Positions 1 through 12,889 of a DNA stretch of 64,000 bases are shown one piece after another. Made by a program: the position numbers and the translations under genes. Source of the stretch: Mobula hypostoma (taxonomy: Eukaryota); assembly GCF_963921235.1 (NCBI RefSeq), contig NC_086108.1, positions 24,738,001-24,802,000 on the forward strand. The letters are read 5' to 3'. Position 1 is the stretch's first letter, and every line of letters starts with the position of its first letter. The notes beneath the pieces were generated by a model, which had not been told where the DNA came from, made no database searches, and saw only the letters and a program-made list of their open reading frames with translations.

Positions 1-1020
1 CATAAGGGCTGAAGGAGGAATTGAATAGGAGAGGACAGTGGACCATGGAATAAAGGGGAGGAGAGGAACTAGAAAGAGGTGATTTTCAGGTGAGGAGAAG
101 GGGTAAAACGAATAGGAAAACGGAAACCGAGAAGGCTGGGGAGAGAAATCACTGGAAGGTAGAGAATGTTGGAGGCTATCCAGACGGAATACAAGGTGTT
201 GTTCTAACAACCTGAGTTTGACCTCATCCTGGCATTAGGGAAGGCCATGGACAGACATGTTAGAATGGGAATGGAAAGTTGAAATAAAATGGTAGCAACT
301 GGGATATCCCGCCTTTAGCAGCAGAGAGAATGAAAGTGCCTGACAAAGGAGTGCCTTATATGCAATGTGTTTACTTGACATACAGGAGTTCCCACCAGAA
401 GCATCAGCTGCAATAGATGACCCTGACAGGTGAAGTTTTGGCTCACCTAGAAGGATGGTTTGGGGCCCTGAATATGATGGTGAGAGGGCAGGTGTAGCAG
501 GTTTTTTTGGGGTAAGTGCCATGAGGGAGCTCTGTGGGAAAGGATGAGTGGACAAGGGAGTCAAGGAGAGAACAATCCCTATGGAAAGCAGAGAGAGCAT
601 GCAGCAAAAAAATGTGTTCAGTGGTTGGATGCCACTGGAGATGGTTTAATTTAAGCAGAATGATATGCTAAATACAAAGGCTCATGGGGTGAAAGGGAAG
701 GACAAGGATGGATGGAGGGAGGGCAGATGTGTGAAAATGGAGATGTGGATGAAGGCTGCATCCATGGCGGTAGAAGGGAAAACCCATTCTTTCAAAAAGT
801 GGACATCTCAGATGTTCTATAATGGAAAGTCTCATCACAGGAACAGTTGCAGCATTGTCCGAGGAACTGAGAGATGAGAATAGCAATTATACAAGTGACA
901 GGGTGAGAAGAGGTATTGTCAAGGTAAGTGTGGGTGTCAGTAGGTTTGTAAAATATATCAGTGGATAGCCTGTCTCCCGAGGTGGAGACAGAGAGATTGA
1001 GAAAAGGGAGAGAAGTGCTA
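1..1020 (-). mobile_element. Penelope-like element (PLE) fragment, decayed RT C-terminus/GIY-YIG region
   Basis: ORF 792-1127 contains SLPFLNLSVSTSGDRLSTDIFYKPTDTHTYLDNTSSHP, a typical PLE RT C-terminal motif. Colinear with the PLE at 37505-38882. Runs off the window start. Confidence 0.85.
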
Positions 1021-1317
1021 TTTTGCTTTCCTTTTGCACAAATTATTTTTAAATAGTTCTTGTTGTAATTCATAGTGCTTTTTAAATATATTACTTTGCA
1101 CTGGTGCTGCAAAGCAACAAATTTCATAAAGTAGGTCAGTGATAATAAACCTGATTGTGATTCTGTACTGCAGAGAACATAAAAATTAAGTCACAGACAA
1201 AAACATTCAATCCACAGCAATAGTTCTGAACATATCCAGACAGTAGGGTACAACGCTACAGGATCAGAAGTAAGGAGCAGTTTGTGATAAATACCAAGTA
1301 ATATTTATTTACAGTGT

Positions 1318-1510
1318 GGAAAAACTCAGCAGGTCGGGCAGTATCTACGCAAAAAGAAACAGTTTGTGCTTTGGCTTTGTGAAGCTTCTAATGTTCTCAT
1401 GAAGGACCCTTATGAAGAGCGGTTACTGTTTCTCTTTCCACAGAAGGTGCCTCACCTGCTGACTGTTCCCAGCATTTTCTTCTTTTACTTCGGATTTCCA
1501 GCATGTCAGA
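1318..1510. repeat. Decayed inverted PLE terminal-repeat pair
   Basis: aactcagcaggtcgggcagtatct...aaacagt and its reverse complement actgtttc...cctgctgactgttcccagc resemble the PLE ends elsewhere in the window. Confidence 0.55.
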
Positions 1511-1519
1511 ATTTCAGTT

Positions 1520-2665
1520 TAGCATTCAACACCATTGCGCACAGATCTTGGTAAACAAACTCATACCCTCTGTCTAAATACATCACTGGGTTCTGGACTT
1601 CCTGACGAACAGACCTCAGATATTCAGGATGCCCAACCATTCCTGCTTCCCTATCATCCAAAACCTGGGTGCCCCTCCAGGGCCTTGTCTGAGCCCATTG
1701 CTGTACAACCGGCTCACACATGACTAAATGGCTAAATGGAGGAATCACATCGTCAAGTTGACTGATGACATGATAGTGGCGGAACTCATCACCAACAAAG
1801 ATGAGACTGTTTATAGAGAGGAGATGGAAGCGCTCGAGCCTGGTGGCAGATAAATAACCTCCTTCTTAATGTTAACAAAACAAAGAAGTTGGTTATCAAC
1901 TTCTGGAGAACTCACACTACTCAGATCCCACTTTATGTCAGCAGCACAGCATTGGAAACTGCAAGCAATTTCAAACTTGGGAGTGCACATCACACACAAC
2001 CTGTCATGGCCCGATAAGACATCCTACACAGTCAGGAAAGCTCACCAGCATCTTTACTTTCTGAGGAGGCTGAAGGAGCTGGAATGTGGGCATCCTAACA
2101 AAATGTGCAGTAGAGGCCATCCTAACAAAATGCATTACTGCATGGTGCAGAAACTGCACCGCAGCAGACATGAAAACTCTACAACAGGTACTCAAAACTG
2201 GCCATCACATCAATGGCACCAGCCTACCTGTCATCAAGGACATACAGTAATGTACAGAAATGTGCCGGCAAAGGGCCAGTAACGTCATGAAGCATCCCAC
2301 CCACCATGCTCATGGACTTGTTTGTTCCACTTCCATGAGGGAGGAGGCTACGTAGCACCTACACCAGGACCACCAGATTCAGAAACAGGTACTTCCTCCA
2401 AACAGTAAGACTGATCAACACCTCCACCCACTAACTCCAGTACTACTTTATTATATAATGTACGTACAGCCTAGCATTACTTCATGGATATACTATCTAT
2501 CTCTGCATATTAGTTATCTATAATTATTGTGTGTTTTTATTACTATTTTTGTGTCCTTTATATGTTGTGTTTTTTGTATGCTGCATCAGATCCAGAGTAA
2601 CAATTATTTTGTAGTCCTTTACACTAATGTACGGGAAATGACATTAAACAATCTTGAATCTTGAA
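1520..2665 (+). mobile_element. Rex1/Babar-type non-LTR retrotransposon, 5'-truncated and decayed
   Basis: Remnant peptides LGVHITHNLSW and KAHQHLYFLRRLK. 3' end acattaaac-aatcttg-aatcttg short tandem tail. Confidence 0.75.
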
Positions 2666-5600
2666 AGAGCAGCTGAACCTGCAGTAACAGACCTTTAAAT
2701 AGATTTATGTCTGCAAAATAGCAGGCAAATCATTGTCATACATGATGGACAATGGTACTACAGAGTAAACCACTATCCAGGAAAGTACAGGATCTAATTG
2801 AACTTAAATGGTAAAATGGTAAATGAACACAAATAACCAGCATCAGTGATCCCACTTAATACTATTGAATTACATAACTAGTATATTAGTAAGTGATGCA
2901 TTAATAAAAAAAAATGCTGGTTCAACATATAAGTGTGAAATCAAAGAAAAATACAAGCTTTTCATTTGAAGGGCAATCATGATAGGAGACACACTATTGC
3001 TGAATGATTTCTGATTAATCAGACAAGACAATTTGATGAAATGATTGATACTTTTATTCTTAAAGTGGCAGGAAAGCAACATCTTTATTGGTACAGATGC
3101 AGATTAAATAGAAGTACATGCAAATTAATTATCAAGAAAATACAACACACACCAGTGAAATTACTTAGTTATCTTTTATGGGACCATGATAGTATTGTAA
3201 TTATTGATCTAAGTTCCTTTCTGCAAGAAAACTAAGCTTCAGGGCATTTCTGAGCATAGAATTTACAAGGACAGTAAAACAGCTTCTGCAGGGAAGGAAA
3301 ACTATTACTGTTCTTTTACATGGATGAAAAGAAATAAAGAGGCTCAAGTGATCAATGTGCTCAATGTTTTTGAGATTTCATAGATAATAAATGACACTTA
3401 CAGAGGCTTGTTTCAGGAATAAAAAAGACAAAGGTCTTGAAGAATACAAAAGCACTTGCTGGAATAAATATCAAAAAGGTCTTTCTACATGTAGGGATTC
3501 ACCAGAACAACAGATGATCAAGCATAAAACATTGAAAAATTGTCAGCAACTTTGGAAAGACTCTTAACTTAATAATAGTTTGAATGTGGAACACTTAGTC
3601 TGTGAGCCAGTAGGGTTGGTCGGTACCATCTGAGGGGAATAATGCTCATCATGATTTTTGGCAAGGTATACATCTCTAGAGTTAGAAAATATGTGATAGC
3701 ATTGCACCAGTAGTAGCTTTATTACTTCAAATAAGTAATCACTTTTTGTATATATTCCAAATTAACATCAGTACAGCAGAAAATGTTACCCCCCCCCCAA
3801 AAAAAAAGGTTAAAAACCTCATCTGGAGAGATTTCTGGAGTTTTATCAATGTCATAATATTTTCCATATTGTTGTATCAAATCAAAACAATCTTAAGCTT
3901 TTGCCATAGCATATAGAATTATAATACAATAATTCAAATGTGGGGTTCCACACAGCCATAACCTAGGCCCCATTTGGTTGTAAAATGAATATATTTAATC
4001 AAAGACTGCTTTCCATACTTTGTTTTCCATACTTTCATAACCTATTAATAATCATAATAATTTTCCAAGTCTTCTACGTCTTCCACATCTTCATCTGAAC
4101 TTTCCACACTCTCTGAGGTGGATGCCTGGTTCTCACAGTCTGCCAGTCTACACCTGAGGCCATTTGCAACACACATACATCTAGGGAGTGAACATTTTTT
4201 TGGACACTTACAGGCCAGTAGATCCAGGACGGCATCAGGTGCTGGCTGGCCTTCCATCCAGTGCACCCCCAACTGTTCAGCTTCCTCTAGTCTCCCTACA
4301 TCTTCCATCCTCTGCCAACAGGGCTTGGCACTTATGGATCTTTCTCCATATACCAGCCTGGTAGTTGGCTCATTGTACATGTTTTGTTAAGCAGTCCTTG
4401 CATGGTGGAAGTTGATGACTTTCGATTTCACCTTTTTTGGCACAGAAAAGGTGATACCTGAGCTCATTGACCTTGGTGGTCGATGCTTTTGGGGCATACA
4501 GGAGACATGTAAATGCCTCCAGTTTGTCCATCAGTTCTGGGGAGAGGTCCCATTCCTGACCCAACTCTAAGAATGTGTCTTGGGTTTCCCTGTTGCTGGT
4601 CGGAAGTTTTAGGACACTTGTCTTCCTTTTGCCTGCAAAAGCACTTACAGTGTCACATCCTGTATATGCGTGCAACCCGATGAGAGCCCTACAAACCTCT
4701 ATGCCAACAGTGGTAGCAACATTCCTGATGTCTACAAGCCTTGTACAGGTTCTAGTGCCACACTTCTGGCACAATGGGGCCTCAATCTTGTCACAAAATG
4801 CTAAAGACATGATAAAGACATCTGTGTCTTCTGAGCAGATCACTACAGATTGGTATCCCTCTCTTGTGGCATGGGCAGCATGGAGAACAGTAGGCAGCCA
4901 TCTGCTTCTTCTTGTTGACACTGATGAGCTGACACCTCCTCACTGTCTTGAGATGTGATTTTGTAACATTTGTCATTCACAGTTGCATACAGAATCTTCT
5001 CCTATAGCTTTGCTCTGTAGTACACCTTCCTCCATTCATGGACTCTGAAGCTAATGAGACTATTTTTGTTACTGACTTTGATCAGGAAGCTCCTCCACTG
5101 CCTCACCATCTGTGTGCCTGTGATACCTTCCAACTCATGATCAGTCTCTTCACCCCGCAGAGATCTTTCACTATTCTTGATAGAGTTCTCCTTGTATGTG
5201 TTGAACACAATATCTATTCTGCTACTCTGACTGCCTTCCCTCAGAGCCATACCAAGAATTGTTGTGGCAACATCTCTGAAAGTAACTTGATCACCTTTCA
5301 CTCTTTGGACAAAGTTCATTCCACCAACCACTGTAGCAGAGTTTCCTGGGAGTTACTCTTCTACTGCTACATTTTTCTGCAAGGTTGTGGCTAAAGTAGC
5401 TTTATTTCTCTTTCTCAGCAATCCTTCTGGTGTGGACAGAGCCCAGAGAAATGGTCCAAGGGGATGAGAAAGGATATCCTTCATATGTAGACTGCGCCCT
5501 TGTGCCATCACTATGATGCGTCCAAACAAAGACCTGACTGCTTTCAAGATGATCACCCTCCCATTTGATTTCACTTCTCTCTTCCTACACATATCATTGA

Positions 5601-6320
5601 ATATGTTCAGCCTGTTGGTTTTCATTGGGTCATGGAATTTCTTTGCTGGTGGGTCTTCCTCTAGTCTCTCATCCTTGAAGGTTGCATAGCATTGCTTACC
5701 AATCTCATATGCCTTCATCAGGTTGGAGGCAATGCCCTTGGGGCTGCCTTTGTGTTGAGATGCTAATGAGGTCCCGCTGCTCTGCAAATGGGTTGACCCG
5801 TTCATGTAAGAGGCTAACCACTGCTGAAACTGCTTCCTTATCTTTCTGGATTCTTGGCCACTGTAGCTTCGCATGACAAAGCTCTGATTTGTTGCCTTGC
5901 ACCATCTCCCTTAACTGTTCTGGGAATGCACTGTGGTGCTCAGCTGTTATGTAGTAATGCTTGATAGCTCCAGCATTCAGGTTGAACCGTGATATGCCTC
6001 CAGGAATCTGTGTGTCTTTGTTCACTGTGGCTTCAATAGCCTGGTCCACAGGGATCTGCCCAAAGGGGTTGTTACTTGACAGCTGCACTGAGAATTGGCC
6101 TGTCACAGAAGGATTTTTCTCTGGGAGGTTCATCATCTGAGCAAAGTAAGGGGACAGGTACCTGGCTTTTGCATAGAGTGCTTGATCCATGACTACCACA
6201 ATTGTTTCTAGATGAAGTTCCTTCCTGATTAGCTCTGATTGGTTCAGGATTTCAAATAATGTGGTCAACTCCGTGGCTGGTGAATTGATGGTTGGCAGAT
6301 ACCCAACAATATCTTGTGAG

Positions 6321-6511
6321 CAACACACATCAAAGTTGCTGGTGAACGCAGCAGGCCAGGCAGCATCTATAGGAAGAGGTACAGTCGACGTTTCAGGCCG
6401 AGACCCTTCATCAGGACTATAGATGCTGCCTGGCCTGCTGCGTTCACCAGCAACTTTGATGTGTGTTGCTTGAATTTCCAGCATCTGCAGAATTCCTGTT
6501 GTTTGCGTTTA
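6321..6511. mobile_element. Short PLE terminal-repeat insertion with inverted structure
   Basis: 13-bp TSD aatatcttgtgag (6308-6320 / 6512-6524). Perfect 52-bp inverted arms 6321-6372 and 6417-6468. Confidence 0.9.
6383..6418 (-). ncRNA. Minimal type I hammerhead ribozyme (PLE-associated)
   Basis: Minus strand agtc-CTGATGA-agggtctcggcct-GAAA-cg-TC-gact: intact core, stem I agtc/gact, stem II agg/cct, GUC cleavage triplet. Confidence 0.75.
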
Positions 6512-7602
6512 AATATCTTGTGAGATTGGTTCTTGGTCCTTGGTGCTGATATTAAAACCAGTCCACTGCTGCAATGCTATCAGATATTTTCTAGCACTAG
6601 GGGTGTATACCTTGCCAAAAATCACTATAATAATTATTCCCCCCAGAGGGTACCGGTGGCCCAAATTTGAGGTTCTGGCTCACGGACTAATTTAAATACA
6701 CAAAGCAGATCTAGTGAGTGGAAGATACAGTTAGAAGGAAGCTAGAGAGAAAAAGGGATTCAAAGTTAGAGGAAGAGGAACAGGTCAGTCAAACATTGTG
6801 CATACTCCGCCATTAAGTAAGGTTGGAGCTTAGTCCAACAAGTCAGTGCCAATAATCAGCCATCCATAAAATCATAGAAATCACAGCACAGAAATTAGCC
6901 CACCTTTTCTTTGCCAAACTGTGCTAATCTAACTTTCCTATTTTAGGCCAATATCCTTCCCTCTCCTATCCAAGCACTTGTGCAAATGCATTGTAATTAT
7001 ATCTGTCTCCACTACTGTGAGTTCAATCTAAATATTCACCACACTCTATGAAAGAAAAATAGAATGGAGGGGTTAGATTTACTTTACAGTAGGTTGAAAG
7101 CCTGGTATGAAAAGGATTCCTCAAATAACCCTTATGTTTGTCAGACATAATTCCCCCTTCTTGTAGCCATTCTAACTTTGATTTTCCTCAATTCTCCTCT
7201 GACTTCAATAACTGATGCAACCCCAGTGTGTTTAATCATTGCATATATGACAATCTTGGCATTCCCAGAATCAATCTGTCAAGAAAGGGCCTCACTTGCA
7301 CAGACGCAATGGCCCATTATTGTCGTGAACATTCCATGCATAATTACCCCAAGCAATATAAAAACACTTCACATGTTTGCTATGCTAAATCAATAACCTT
7401 AATTATATTAATTAGAAAAAGCATTGAAATATTGCTAAGTATTGTGCTGTCATTTGTTCAATTGGATCATCTTCATATGACTTCAACGTTTCAAGTTAAA
7501 CAAGATAAAGTATGTACAAGTGCTGCTGTTAAAGTGCAATTTCTATTCACTCGTAATTCTTTACCTACAACTGATTGCTGATTAGCTGCTCATTATCTAG
7601 CT

Positions 7603-10101
7603 CAGTGATCCCCAAGGAGCAGTTACATGTCCAAAGGGGACATTTGGGGAAATAGAAATTGTAAGGGGGCGTTCAAGATTCTTGGGTGGGTCGGCAGTAA
7701 GCGGCTCCCTAATTTAAGGCACACGAGCTGACTGACTATAAGTAGAGCAGGCACTTCCAAAAGAAAGGATGAGACACTGGAATGCAGGAAGAACCATAGC
7801 TCTGCAGGTGGTGAGCACTCATTGGCACGACACGTCTAAAACTCAGCAATCTCATCCGACCTTACCAACCAAACAGACATTACTTGGGATAAATGAATTA
7901 GCAACCAGGGTGCTGAAAAGTTCCCCTTGACTTGCATTTCAGAATGAGTTCATGCAATTTAACATTTGTTAAGTCAAGTACACTCTCTCAATTTTCTCTA
8001 CAGATCTATGGAAAACAGGTTGTGCAACAAAACAGCACTGGCTGGAACCAAACAGTGAAATAGAGCCAATTAGTGAACCTGCTGACCTGAGGATTCCTTT
8101 TGAGGTGTTCAAAGCAACGTCAGCTTCATATGTGTGGTCAAGAAACATCTTTGAAGATTTTAAGACCTTACGAGATTGCTCTATCGCGCAAACCAGAACA
8201 GTATTAAAATTAAGGTAGTTTGCCAAACACCAGCTCTATCCCAACTAATATTCAGATTCCAATCTGAATCCTAGTCATTGTGCCCCTACCATCACTCCAT
8301 CTGTGTCAATTCACTGCCATCAACAACATCTGATAGGTATTCCCAGTTTGTGTTAATTTTTATTTAGCCCTATTAATGACGGATAAATACGTATGGTGTG
8401 ATCTCAATGAGTCTGAAGACAGTGAAACCTTGATTTCTAATCCTGTTAAGGAAAATCTCATACAGTTGGTGAAAGATTAATAATGCCTGCTGTATCAGAA
8501 GTGCTCACCACAGTTCTCAAAATGGATACCAATATTTTCAAATCAATTCCTCTGAGTAATAACTGTAGCTAGTCATACTGACAAAATGAGTGAACACATC
8601 AATATCAACTATGCACAGAGCTACACAAAACAGAATTTGGGATACAACTGGATGAGTCAACGGTGTGAGACAGTGCGGCATTGCTAATGGCATATGTACA
8701 GTTGATCAAAAATGGAAAAGTTTATGAAGAGATCATCTTTAGTAAAAAACTAGAAACCAAACATCAAAGGAGAATCATTCAACAATGAGCTGAAAATGTT
8801 TATTGAGAAGATAGGTACTCCAATTAGGAACATGATTTCTTGTGCAACAGATGGAGCACCATATATGACAGGTCGCCGTGCTGGTCAGTGTCATTCATGA
8901 AAAAATAAATTTCAAGTCTGTTTCCAATCTATTGTGTAATTCATCATCAACATCTCGCAGCCAAAAACCTCAGCCAGCAACTTTTTTCAAGCATAAATCT
9001 TGAAATATCTGCTATCAACAAAATTAAAGTTAATCTATTAAATAGAAGAATATTTCATATTACGCTAAGTTAACAATGAAAAGTTTGAACACTTGCTTCT
9101 TCACACTGAAGTGTGTGGGCTGTCAAAAGGCTGCTGCTTAAAATGTTTCTTTGATCTTTCTGACACTGTTTGAATTTTTACTCAAAGTCGACAAGAGCTT
9201 GGGAAACAAAATTGATCTTCTACACGGAGATATGTGGGCATACCTAGTCAATCTATATGACAAAATGAACATTCTAAGTATGAAACTGCAGGGTGAGAAT
9301 TTCAATCTAATCCAGGCAAAAAGTGCAGTGTCCACCTTTATTGGACAAATGGAAATATATATGCAAAATATTGGGAGAAGAATGTTCTCACAGTTTCCTG
9401 CATGGAAAGTATGGCACTCTCTCTCACAGACAATGCTTTGCAGGAGTACTGCTTAGACCAGCAATCACTAAGGAAGGATTATCAGAATCGATTCAAGGAT
9501 TTGAACGATCTGAAAATTCCAGACTGAGTAATTAACCTATTTCTTTGCAAAGTGAAAGAACAAGAAGAGAGCTTGCAACAAGAAATTATCAAAATTCAAA
9601 ATGATGATGAAGCAAAAATGCTTTTCAAAACTGTCAACTTTTGTGGTAGGTGACTACACTGTCATATGAAGTTTCCCTGTCTTTGGAGAAGGGCCAAATA
9701 TCCATCCTCCTACCTTGCTGAAAGAGGTTGAATACTGTGAACCACATACTCTAAAAAGGCAGAAACTACTTGGACGTTGTTATGCACGGGGATTTTGCTT
9801 TCACAACTTGAAATATATATTTCAAATCTTGCTGAAAACCATCAAATTCAAGGATCATCTTGATATCAAAACTGTTGTACAGTGCATAGGTACTGTGTAA
9901 ACTAGGTTTAAAGACAAATAAAAAATTAGAGCAGAATCATTTTTCTTATTTTAGCATATGGTACACATGTTTTTACACTGCGGGGGTGTTGCCAGAGAGT
10001 ATTAAGAGGAGCATTAGCAAGTATGAAGATGCTGGTGGGGTGGGGGGGGAAGCTAGCAAGTATGAAGGTGCTGGTGGGGGTCATTGGGTTGGGAAACACT
10101 G
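7603..10101 (+). mobile_element. hAT transposon, Buster/Charlie type, both ends present, dead transposase
   Basis: TIRs cagtgatccccaa / ttgggaaacactg. 8-bp TSD atctagct / atctagat (7/8 match, central TA). Confidence 0.9.
8400..9760 (+). pseudogene. hAT (Buster-like) DDE transposase remnant
   Basis: Motifs FGIQLDESTV, CATDGAPYMTG, CVIHHQHLAAK, LLLHTEVCGLSKG, AYLVNLYDKMNILSMKLQG. Multiple stops and frameshifts. Confidence 0.85.
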
Positions 10102-10917
10102 ATCTAGATCCTTCATTCATTTTATTGTCCCTGAAAAGCCAAACTGAAACATTGTAGCCAGTGTACCACTCAGAAGACAACTTTCAAATGCACGCAGAAT
10201 CAGTGAAAAAATAATTCTTTCACCAAAGTATGCTCCTTAATTTTTTAAGTGGAGATCTGTTCATAAAATGAACGACTGCCATTCTTTTTGATGTTGCTTA
10301 GAGCACCCTAGAGTTTTCTGATAACCTTCATGTCTTCAACAAACTGCTGAATAAGTATTTATGTCAATCTATGACTCTGTAGAATCCAACAGCGACCATC
10401 TGCTAATAATCCACACCTCACTGATGTCAGCTGTCAGCCTTCCATCAATCACCAGGATTCCTCTTAAAAGACATTCATCAGGTTTATAATAATTAATAAT
10501 TCTAACATTTATAATTTAATAATTCTGATGGACTCTATTATATCCTAATAAAATATATTATTTAATCTCCTGCTGATTTAAGAGGCACTGACAGAATCCA
10601 AGTCAATTCATGCTATGTTTAAGTTCCATGATTCCAAATTTGAAGTCATTCAATGTGCGCTGCCAATTTCAAACAATTTCTCTTAACTTACTTAATTAGT
10701 GTCTATTTTTTGAGTCTGCACAATGGTCATTTGTTAATCAATGAGTTGTGACCACTGCCTGTGGCAAATGCGGAAATCAATCAATAGAGTACTATCAGTC
10801 TGATGTCAAGAAGGTCACTCTTTATTACTGTCACAACATAATGTCAACATGCAAAGAAACTCTGACATTTGCCTGACAGCTTATCATATCACAAGACCAA
10901 TGTATTTTAAACATATA

Positions 10918-12889
10918 CAGTACTGTGCAAAAGTCCTAGGCACATATACTGTATATAGCTAGGGTCCCTTAGACTTTTGCACAGTACTGTAGTAATTTTA
11001 TGTATTGCAGTATACTGCAGCCACAAAAAAATAATTTCATAACATAATGTGAATGATGATAAACCAGATTCTGATATGAGTCTCTGAGTGGGAAAGGGGC
11101 AGAGAGAGAGTCATAGTCATAGTCATAGTCATACTTTATTGTTCCCGGGGGAAATTGGTTTTCGTTACAGTTGCACCATAAATAATAAATAGTAATATGT
11201 AAATTATGCTAGTAAATTATGAAATAAGTCCAGGACCAGCCTATCGGCTCAGGGTGTCTGATCTTCCAAGGGAGAAGTTGTAAAGTTTGATGGCCACAGG
11301 CAGGAATGACTTCATATGACACTCTGTGCTGCATCTCGGAGGAATGAGTCTCTGGCTGAATGTACTCCTGTGCCCACCCAGTACATTATGCAGTGGATGG
11401 GAGACATTGACCAAGATGGCATACAACTTGGACAGCATCCTCTTTTCAGACACCACCGTGAGAGAGTCCAGTTCCATCCCCACAACATCACTGGCCTTAC
11501 GAATGAGTTTGTTGATTTTGTTGGTGTCTGCCACCCTCAGTCTGCTGCCGCAGCACACAACAGCAAACAGGATAGCACTGGCCACTACAGACTCATAGAA
11601 CATCCTCAGCATCATCCGGCAGATGTTAAAGGACCTCAGTCTCCTCAGGAAATAGAGACGGCTCTGCCCCTTCTTGTAGACAGCCTCAGTGTTCTTTGAT
11701 CAGTCCAGTTTATTGTCAATTCGTATCCCCAGGAATTTGTAATCCTTCACCATGTCCACACTGACCCCCTGGATGGAAACAGTGGTCACTGGTACCTTAG
11801 CTCTCCTCAGGTCTACCACCAGCTCCTTAGTCTTTTTCACATTAAGCTGCAGATATTTCTGCTCACACCATGTGACAAGGTTTCCTACCGTAGCCCTGTA
11901 CTCAGCCTCATCTCCCTTGCTGATGCATCCAACTATGGCAGGGTCACCCGAAAACTTCTGAAGATGACAAGACTCTGTGCGGTAGTTGTAGTCCGAGGTG
12001 TAAATGGTGAAGAGAAAGGGAGAGAAGACAGTCCCCTGTGGAGCCCCAGTGCTGCTGATCACTCTGTTGGACACACAATGTTACAAGCACACCTACTGTG
12101 GTCTGCCAGTCAGGTAATCAAGAATCCATGATACCAGGGAAGCATCCACCTACATCATTGTCAGCTTCTCCCCCAGCAGAGCAGGGCGGATGGTGTTGAA
12201 CACACTGGAGAAGTCAAAGAACATGACCCTCACAGCACTGGCTGGCTTGTCCAGGTGGGCGTAGATATGGTTCAGCAGGTAGACGATGGCATCCTCAACT
12301 CCTGGTCGGGGCTGGTAGGCGAACTGGAGGGGATCTAAGTTTGGCCTGACCATAGGCCGGAGCAGCTCCAGAACAAGTCTCTCCAGGGTCTTCATGATAT
12401 GGGAGGTCAAGCCACCGGTCTGTAGTCATTAAGGCTGCTGGGGCATGGCGTCTTCGGCACAGGGATGAGGCAGAACGTCTTCCACAGCACAGGAACCCTC
12501 CGGAGCATCAGGCTCAGGTTGAAGACATGGTGAAGAGAGAGAGAGAGGAATCATGGTTTGGAAAAGGGAGGGGGGAGGATGGAGGAAGCACCAGAGAGAT
12601 ATACTGTAATAATCAATAAACCAATTGTTTGGAATCAAATGACCTTTGCTGGTATTTCAGGGCTGGATATGTCTGCACGTGCGCCAACCCCTGCCCCTGG
12701 CCCTCTTCTCTGTCAACTGTCCCAAAGCCCTCCTGAAGTGCTCCACCCTCATCATTCCCAAAATCTTTTGCTCTCGCCAGATTTACAAACTCGCTCTCTG
12801 CTCCATGTTAACAAGTACAGTACTATGCAAAAGTTTTAGGCACCTGAGGTATATACTGTATATGTGCCCAAGACTTTTGCACAGTGCTG
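10918..12889. mobile_element. Non-autonomous Tc1-like element with self-palindromic ~72-bp ends, interrupted by a Rex1 LINE
   Basis: ta|cagtactgtgcaaaagt...acttttgcacagtactg (10918-10989) and an inverted copy at 12818-12889 ending ...cacagtgctg|ta. Confidence 0.65.
11110..12532 (-). mobile_element. Rex1/Babar non-LTR retrotransposon, 5'-truncated
   Basis: RT motifs DPLQFAYQP, VMFFDFSSVFNTI, GAPQGTVFSP. (TATGAC)n tail at 11110-11133. Inserted in an (AG)n tract present on both sides. Confidence 0.9.

Larger units (their letters stand above)
4045..6565 (-). pseudogene. Disrupted element-encoded protein: transposase-like core, XPG/FEN1-like PIN nuclease with helix-turn-helix motif, C-terminal CXC
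   Basis: Stitched frames: WTGFNIST...VGYLPTINSPATE...VVVMDQALYAKA; FSVQLSSNNPFGQIPVDQAIEATVNKDTQIPGG; DIVFNTY; QEEADG; VICSEDTDV; HAYTGCDTVSAFAGKRK; LPPCKDCLTKH; CKCPKKCSLPRCMCVANGLRC. Several stops and frameshifts. Confidence 0.8.
3598..6687 (-). mobile_element. TIR DNA transposon (TA-flanked, GTC...GAC termini, ~120-bp imperfect TIRs) encoding a transposase-like + PIN/FEN1-like nuclease + CXC protein; internally deleted
   Basis: Left end ta|gtctgtgagccag...ggcaaggtatac...gatagcattgcaccagt (3596-3710) matches the reverse complement of the right end actgctgcaatgctatc...gtataccttgcc...ctggctcacggac|ta (6564-6689). A broken minus-strand ORF lies between them. Confidence 0.85.

Noticed and set aside
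5705..6484. 259-aa ORF as a real gene
   Set aside because: Chimeric: the first ~55 aa come from the inserted PLE repeat, the rest is part of the broken transposon protein, and an in-frame TAA lies just upstream.
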